Assembly (NCBI GenBank): GCA_045105515.1
Contig: JBGCDR010000344.1
Location: 1-12,557 of the forward strand
Length of the DNA: 12,557 bases
Reading direction: 5' to 3'
From: Oligoflexales bacterium
GTDB lineage: Bacteria > Bdellovibrionota_B > Oligoflexia > Oligoflexales > Bog-1112
Every line of letters starts with the position of its first letter. Position 1 is the first letter of the stretch. The notes beneath the pieces were generated by a model that worked only from the letters and a program-made list of their open reading frames with translations, did no database searches and was not told the DNA's origin. Positions 7,246 to 12,557 of this stretch are shown here, in pieces. The translations under genes were made by a program, and so were the position numbers.

Positions 7246-7566
7246 TTACCCCATCTCCAGACCTAATGCTTCAACATATTTAATGGGATGTTGAACCCCG
7301 ACAAATCGCTGTTTTTCTTTACCATCTTCAAATACAATAACAGTAGGTACACCGCGAATTCCGTACTGAGCTGCTATTTCTGGAGCACTGTGAACGTTAA
7401 GCTTACAAACTTTCGCAATCCCGTCAGTTTTCTCAGCTAATGTGTTAATGATGGGAGAAAGCTGCTCGCAGGGAGCGCAATTTGGACCCCAAAAATCTAC
7501 AAGCACAGGTAAGGTAGATTGTAAAACCTCTTCTTTAAAGCTGCTGTCATTTAATTCAATTGCCAT
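7246..7566 (-). CDS. trxA: Thioredoxin (variant active site NCAPC)
   Basis: 106 aa from ATG 7566 (AGAGGA upstream). Motifs PVLVDFWGPNCAPC, KVCKLNV, YGIRGVPT (cis-Pro loop) and FVGVQ. Orthology to the main trxA is not certain. Confidence 0.9.
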   Translation of the reverse strand: MAIELNDSSFKEEVLQSTLPVLVDFWGPNCAPCEQLSPIINTLAEKTDGIAKVCKLNVHSAPEIAAQYGIRGVPTVIVFEDGKEKQRFVGVQHPIKYVEALGLEMG

Positions 7567-7906
7567 GTTCTCACTTTTCCTCTTAAATTGCACATGCTCG
7601 AGGTTTATAACACAAAGAAATAGTAGCAACCAAGAGTACAAGTCCTAGCCAACTTGATTTGGAGATCTATCGGTTTCTCCTCTCAAATACTTTCTATTTC
7701 GGTCAATATGAAAATGTCACTTAGACCCCTATGGAGTGGTCTTCTTGCCTACATCATCCCGATGAGACTCCATAGAGGAAACGATTACTAAAGTCTCATT
7801 TTTTCATAACTATTCGTAAATATAGAGGTTTACTCTTGTACGCGCTCTTGAACTTTGACACTATTCTTAATTAACTGCCCAATAAATAAATGTGTGGAGA
7901 AGAGCG

Positions 7907-9343
7907 ATGGGAGTAGATATCTCAAAGTTGCACTTTAGCAAATCCGATGTGTCACTTTTTAACGAAAAAATTAGGGATGAAACCAAACTTATCAATGACT
8001 GGTTCTGTAAAAAACAATTTAGCAATAAAGTTGGCACTGGTGGATTTGAACTAGAATCTTGGCTTGTAGACTCTCGCTGCAGACCTGTTCCAGCTAATGT
8101 TGAGTTTATAGAAGAATTAGATGACCCGATGATCGTCCCAGAGCTAGCAAAATATAATTTCGAGCTAAATTCAAAACCATTTTCCATAAAAGGGGATGGT
8201 TTATTACATCTTAAAAAAGATCTAAGAAACAAGTGGAAAAAGGCTGAAGAGCAAGCAAAAAAGATGAATCTTCGCCTGATGATGATTGGGATCTTACCCA
8301 CGATTCAAGAAGGCCAGTTAAATATGGAAAACATCTCACCTTCAAACCGCTATTATGCTCTAAATGAACGACTCATGAATATGCGTAAGAAGGTTCCTAT
8401 TCAGCTAGATATTAAAGGAAAAGATCATTTAAAGTTAGAGCACAACGATGTTATTTTAGAGGCTGCAGCTACTTCTTTACAGATTCATTTACAGATTGAT
8501 CAAGATCAGGGTACAAGCTTCTACAACGCATCAAAAGTGGCATCTGCCCCTCTTGTAGCCATATCAGCGAACTCCCCTTTTCTATTTGGCAAAGAACTAT
8601 GGGAAGAATCACGTATACCTTTGTTTGAACAATCTATCTCATTGGCAGAAAAAGACTATGCTGAACGAGTAACTTTCGGGATTCGCTATTTAGACAGAAG
8701 CTTGATGGAATACTTTGATGCAAATCGTCAGCGCTATCTGCCGATATTACCGCTTATTTACAAAGACCAAAGCCCTGAAAAGCTTAAGCATCTTTGCCTG
8801 CATAACGGTACCATTTGGCGCTGGAACCGAGTGATCATTGGGCCTCCAACTCAGTCTAACCCGCCAAATTTACGTATAGAACAGCGAGTTGCTCCAGCTG
8901 GCCCTAGTTTAGAAGACTCCATTGCAAATTCAGCATTTTATTATGGTCTTGTTTGTTATTTAGCAAAAAATTATCGAGAATCTCAGGAACTTATTAACTT
9001 CTACCAGGCAAGGGACAATTTCTATGAGGCTGCAAGATATGGGCTAGCAGCTGATATAGTATGGCACAACGATCAGGTTATCATCCTAGAAAAACTCATA
9101 AAAGACTCTCTTTTAGATATGGCTAAAGAAGGCTTGTCCATACTTGAAGTTGCCGACGAAGTAAGTAAGCATTACCTTAGCGTCATAGAGGAGAGGTTAC
9201 TCTCTGGTCAAACGGGCGCAGCATGGCAACGCCAATACAAAGCAAAGCATAAATGCTCCTTTGAGGAGTTAAGCTGTGCATACTATGATCTGCAGCAAAC
9301 AGAGTTGCCTGTGCATCAGTGGCCATTGACTGCTAGGCACTAA
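7907..9343 (+). CDS. Glutamate--cysteine ligase family 2 (GCS2)-type carboxylate-amine ligase
   Basis: ATG at 7907 follows GGAG. Motifs GFELE, PELAKYNFELN, SLQIHLQ, SANSPFLFG, ESRIPLFEQ, HNGTIWRWNR and LRIEQRVAPAGP fit the glutamine-synthetase-fold GCS2 family. Confidence 0.9.
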   Translation: MGVDISKLHFSKSDVSLFNEKIRDETKLINDWFCKKQFSNKVGTGGFELESWLVDSRCRPVPANVEFIEELDDPMIVPELAKYNFELNSKPFSIKGDGLLHLKKDLRNKWKKAEEQAKKMNLRLMMIGILPTIQEGQLNMENISPSNRYYALNERLMNMRKKVPIQLDIKGKDHLKLEHNDVILEAAATSLQIHLQIDQDQGTSFYNASKVASAPLVAISANSPFLFGKELWEESRIPLFEQSISLAEKDYAERVTFGIRYLDRSLMEYFDANRQRYLPILPLIYKDQSPEKLKHLCLHNGTIWRWNRVIIGPPTQSNPPNLRIEQRVAPAGPSLEDSIANSAFYYGLVCYLAKNYRESQELINFYQARDNFYEAARYGLAADIVWHNDQVIILEKLIKDSLLDMAKEGLSILEVADEVSKHYLSVIEERLLSGQTGAAWQRQYKAKHKCSFEELSCAYYDLQQTELPVHQWPLTARH

Positions 9344-9359
9344 GGTGAAAGGAGCCGAG

Positions 9360-10391
9360 ATGAAAGGTACATTATTACAAGAAACCAATAGCTTCCCAAA
9401 AGAGATTTTAGATGCAAGGGCAAGGGACTTGAAGTCAATTCTTGGCGGCCCAACGTTGATTCACCTAAAGGGGAAAAAATCTCCTGCACTGTTTATTTCT
9501 GTTCTCCTTCATGGAAATGAAACCTCAGGATTTCTTGCAATCCAAAAGGTCCTCAAAAAATATGCCAACAAGCAACTTCCTCGTGACCTCAGTATCTTTA
9601 TCGGCAATGTAAAAGCAGCTGAAAAAGGCCTACGTTTCCTACCTGGCCAGCCAGATTTTAACCGAATTTGGCCAGGGGGAATAAGTATAAACCAACCTGA
9701 ACAAAGGATGGCTGCAGAAGTACTTGAAACAATGAAAAATCGTGGAGTTTTTGCAAGCATAGATATTCATAATAATACCGGGAAAAACCCTCACTATGCA
9801 TGCATCAATGTGGTAAGCCCACCTTTTCTCCAATTAGCCACATTATTTAATTCACTAGTCGTATATTATCTTTATCCTAAGGGAGTTCAATCATTTGCAT
9901 TTTCTTCCCTTGCGCCTGCAGTCACCCTCGAATGTGGCTTAGATGCAAATGAACAAGGAGTTGATCATGCAAGCAACTATATTGAAGAGTGCTTAAAGCT
10001 AGTGGAATTCGAAAAAAACACCATAACAAGACCTTTTGAGTTGTTTCACACCATCGGTACTGTGACCATTGCTACTGATACCAAAATTGGTTTTGAAAGT
10101 GGGTATCCCCTGCAGCTGTGTGATGAAATAGAGGGTTATAATTTTAAGGAACTTGGGGAAGGAACTGTGTTTGCGCATACCAGTTCTTATTCTCAAGACC
10201 TAATTATAGTCAAGGATGAGCAAGGGAATAAGGTTACTTCAAACTTTTTCAAATTAGAAGACGGTTCGATCAAGCTTACAAAAAAGGTAATGCCTGCTAT
10301 GCTTACCAAAGATTTACGAGTCATCAAACAAGATTGCCTTTGTTACCTGATGGAAAGGTATCCTTACCAACAAAGCAATCCAACTACCTAG
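9360..10391 (+). CDS. M14-family zinc metallopeptidase (succinylglutamate desuccinylase/aspartoacylase-like)
   Basis: ATG at 9360 follows AAGGAG (an alternative GTG is at 9345). Zn-ligand motif LHGNE, then GN, DFNRIW, DIHNN and catalytic TLECG. It starts 16 nt after the ligase stop codon. Confidence 0.88.
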   Translation: MKGTLLQETNSFPKEILDARARDLKSILGGPTLIHLKGKKSPALFISVLLHGNETSGFLAIQKVLKKYANKQLPRDLSIFIGNVKAAEKGLRFLPGQPDFNRIWPGGISINQPEQRMAAEVLETMKNRGVFASIDIHNNTGKNPHYACINVVSPPFLQLATLFNSLVVYYLYPKGVQSFAFSSLAPAVTLECGLDANEQGVDHASNYIEECLKLVEFEKNTITRPFELFHTIGTVTIATDTKIGFESGYPLQLCDEIEGYNFKELGEGTVFAHTSSYSQDLIIVKDEQGNKVTSNFFKLEDGSIKLTKKVMPAMLTKDLRVIKQDCLCYLMERYPYQQSNPTT

Positions 10392-10609
10392 TAAGCCTCG
10401 CCAAAGCAGCTATAAAAATTTATGTGATTCTGCATTTATTCTGCAAGTGCAACTCTATTCAACACATTTCAATCAAGTAAAATAACCCAAATTAACAAGT
10501 ACTTAAACACTACCTGCCAGACAAAAGTTGACGTCTAAGATGCGTTTCAATTAATAGTCAAAGTTATCGATACTTGCGATGTTCTCGCCTACTTTCTGAA
10601 AGGAATATT

Positions 10610-11626
10610 ATGCAAACCAACTTTTTGAGAAGTAACAATCGGTTCACACTTTCTTTGCTAGTGTTGTTTAGCTTCTATATTCACTTCGCTAGTACTGCAA
10701 AAGCAAATCTATTTCTGATAAATCAATCTGAAGAATACAATTTACTTAAAAACTATCTTGTTGACCTCAAAACTTGGGAGAGTCAATGGTCGAAAATTAG
10801 CCCCAATGATCAAAATAAGTTCTCTCAGACCTACTACAAAGAAATTTTGGAACTCAATGATGAAATTAATAAACAAACCCAATCACTAAATAAAAAGCTA
10901 AATTTGGCTTTCAAAAATCATAAAATAAGCAAAGATTCCATTACCCAAACCCCTTACAATGAAGTAGTACGATCTGGAAAAATAGAGTGTGGCAAGATCG
11001 ATGGTATTGATAATAATAACTGGGGTATGGAAACTGCAAAATTCTTCAGTTGCAACAATTGTAGTGGCAACGCCAACTACAATGAGCAAGAATGTTTTGT
11101 TATAAGCTCATGGCTTACCGCTTGTACTTACCCAGTAATTTTTCTCCCAATTGCAGTAGTATCTGCAAGCATAGCCCAGGGAACTGCGTGCCTACTATCA
11201 AGTCCATTTCGCCTCAAAGTAACATCTAGAAAAACCGAAAAGAAAATATCGAATCCCGATATAGGAAAAGAGTTAAATGAGCTGATTAACTCTCTAAGTT
11301 TTTATTTAGAACAAGTGAAACAGAGCACTGACAGAGAAACTTTATCAATTATCAGCTACGATGAACTAAGAGAGAAAGTTGAAAACATCGAAAGAGTCTC
11401 AACAGCACCAAATCAGATCTCTATTGCTGGTACCAATTATAATTTTACTCCGGAGGCTATAAAAACGATCAAAGCAACTATCGCTAAAAATCAGGGACGT
11501 CAGAACATTAGCATTTATAGACCTAAAAGAATGAAAACTCTTAATATTGAGGTTGATACTGCAGATGCAGTAGATTTCTTATTTGAAATTCATCAACCTA
11601 GTGATTCAAATTTAGAAGATATTTAG
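10610..11626 (+). CDS. Hypothetical exported protein with a Cys cluster and long central hydrophobic segment
   Basis: ATG at 10610 follows AAAGGA. Signal peptide ends in AKA|. Six Cys and a 39-aa uncharged stretch lie at nt 10988-11209. Confidence 0.75.
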   Translation: MQTNFLRSNNRFTLSLLVLFSFYIHFASTAKANLFLINQSEEYNLLKNYLVDLKTWESQWSKISPNDQNKFSQTYYKEILELNDEINKQTQSLNKKLNLAFKNHKISKDSITQTPYNEVVRSGKIECGKIDGIDNNNWGMETAKFFSCNNCSGNANYNEQECFVISSWLTACTYPVIFLPIAVVSASIAQGTACLLSSPFRLKVTSRKTEKKISNPDIGKELNELINSLSFYLEQVKQSTDRETLSIISYDELREKVENIERVSTAPNQISIAGTNYNFTPEAIKTIKATIAKNQGRQNISIYRPKRMKTLNIEVDTADAVDFLFEIHQPSDSNLEDI

Positions 11627-12015
11627 AAAATTAACCTATTTTTTGCTAATATTTCTGGCATATGATAGTAAAAAATTTAATTAATGGTATTTCTTCTTTC
11701 TTATTCTAAATACCATGATTTCTTATCTCCTTAGTATCGAATGAAGACTCTGAACTTAAGCGAACTCTAAATAAAGAGAAATATAAACTACCATAATACC
11801 ATTTTTCCTATTAAAAACCATACAGAATAAATTCATAAATAATTTAAACCATAAAAATCCTCCATGGTACTCAGCTCTAAAATATTAGTCATTTACATTT
11901 TAAAATAGCTAAATTAGAAGTTCTATGTTCACGATTTTTTTGGGATGAATTTCTATGAATCTGAATTGCTTACTAATTATTGCTTCTTGCTTTTTCATCA
12001 CAACTAATTCTGCAA

Positions 12016-12450
12016 ATGCAAAAAAAAAATATCAAACCTAAATTTAGTACCTATTCAAAGCAGAACGGAAAACCTCTTCACAAGAAATGCCTTGTAATGA
12101 TCGGAATCATTTTGATGGCTCCGAATATAGGTGCAAGCAATCTACCTCGAAATTTAGGTGTCGTAAAAAAGAGACGTAGTAGTCTATTCAGCCCCCCTCC
12201 GAAAGAAGAATGTAAAGCACTTGGAGCAAAAAAAATAATAACTTATTATATTGAATCAATAGAAGGCTGCCCTCAAGCAAATGATAAAGCCAACTTGATA
12301 GGCCCAAGTATATCGTTATATATTGCAGAATTAAGTAAGAAATGGCGATCTACAGATTTTAAACCTGTTGAAGATCAGGAAGAAGCAGATTTTATCATAC
12401 GCCTTGGGAATGACTCAAACCTTGAATTCAATAAGAAAATGCAAAAATAA
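12016..12450 (+). CDS. Small hypothetical protein, possibly exported (start codon uncertain)
   Basis: Open frame 11980-12450 in AT-rich DNA, first ATG at 12016. A basic N-region precedes hydrophobic CLVMIGIILMAPNIGA. No clear SD and no recognisable family. Confidence 0.55.
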   Translation: MQKKNIKPKFSTYSKQNGKPLHKKCLVMIGIILMAPNIGASNLPRNLGVVKKRRSSLFSPPPKEECKALGAKKIITYYIESIEGCPQANDKANLIGPSISLYIAELSKKWRSTDFKPVEDQEEADFIIRLGNDSNLEFNKKMQK

Positions 12451-12557
12451 TCTTGCCGTCCAGAATTCAAAACAAATTTGTGCTTGAAAAAAATATTTTC
12501 ATCAAAATTCCCCTTCCTAAGATGTGTTTAAGAGCTAATAAGAGAAAAATCTTAAGT

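Noticed and set aside
7567..7641. Hydrophobic N-terminal extension of thioredoxin (MYSWLLLFLCVINL...) as a signal peptide
   Set aside because: It depends on an upstream TTG start. The ATG at 7566 has an SD-like AGAGGA and gives a standard 106-aa thioredoxin. The ORF-track extensions at 780, 3779, 5074, 7892 and 10574 were trimmed for similar reasons.
7738..7790. Hammerhead-ribozyme-like words (GTC ... CCGATGA ... GAAAC)
   Set aside because: The core is CCGATGA rather than CTGATGA, stem I cannot form, stem II lacks the closing G-C pair, and stem III is broken.
7907..9343. Assigning the symbol gshA and a glutathione pathway
   Set aside because: GCS2-family membership does not fix the amine substrate, and no gshB is adjacent.
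1511..11089. Other short ORFs opposite the main genes (1511-1699, 5653-5946, 6012-6218, 6964-7218, 7442-7648, 7867-8301, 9509-9760, 9639-9833, 9999-10196, 10898-11089)
   Set aside because: All lie largely antisense to longer, better-supported genes and show no family features.
1..12557. CRISPR array, tRNA/rRNA, IS element, prophage or anti-phage defence system
   Set aside because: I found no regularly spaced 25-40 bp repeats, cloverleaf or rRNA-like segments, or transposase, integrase, nuclease or phage motifs by eye.

Overview
AT-rich bacterial DNA with about ten loosely related protein-coding genes. I see no rRNA, tRNA, CRISPR array, transposase or integrase. Left to right: (1) a 5'-truncated hypothetical gene with a strict 4-residue hydrophobic repeat; (2) an exported FAD-dependent oxidoreductase/isomerase-like protein with two successive signal-like segments; (3) a minus-strand coiled-coil protein with a signal peptide and C-terminal membrane anchor; (4) a VOC/glyoxalase gene; (5) an unannotated 29-codon SRPBCC-like remnant; (6) a convergent AAC(3)-I-family aminoglycoside acetyltransferase gene ending 5 bp from that remnant; (7) a signal-peptide-bearing fusion of a DUF218/YdcF-like domain and an ELM1/GtrOC1-like glycosyltransferase domain; (8) a variant thioredoxin, divergent from (9) a two-gene operon of a GCS2-family carboxylate-amine ligase and an M14 desuccinylase/aspartoacylase-like peptidase; (10) two orphan, probably exported proteins. 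The best candidates for undescribed biology are the DUF218-like/ELM1-like fusion, the ligase/peptidase pair with its structured intergenic region, and the non-integron aac(3)-I at an apparent gene-disruption scar. All family assignments are from motif recognition by eye, not database searches. The many secreted orphan proteins suggest a predatory or host-associated organism, but this is inference only.
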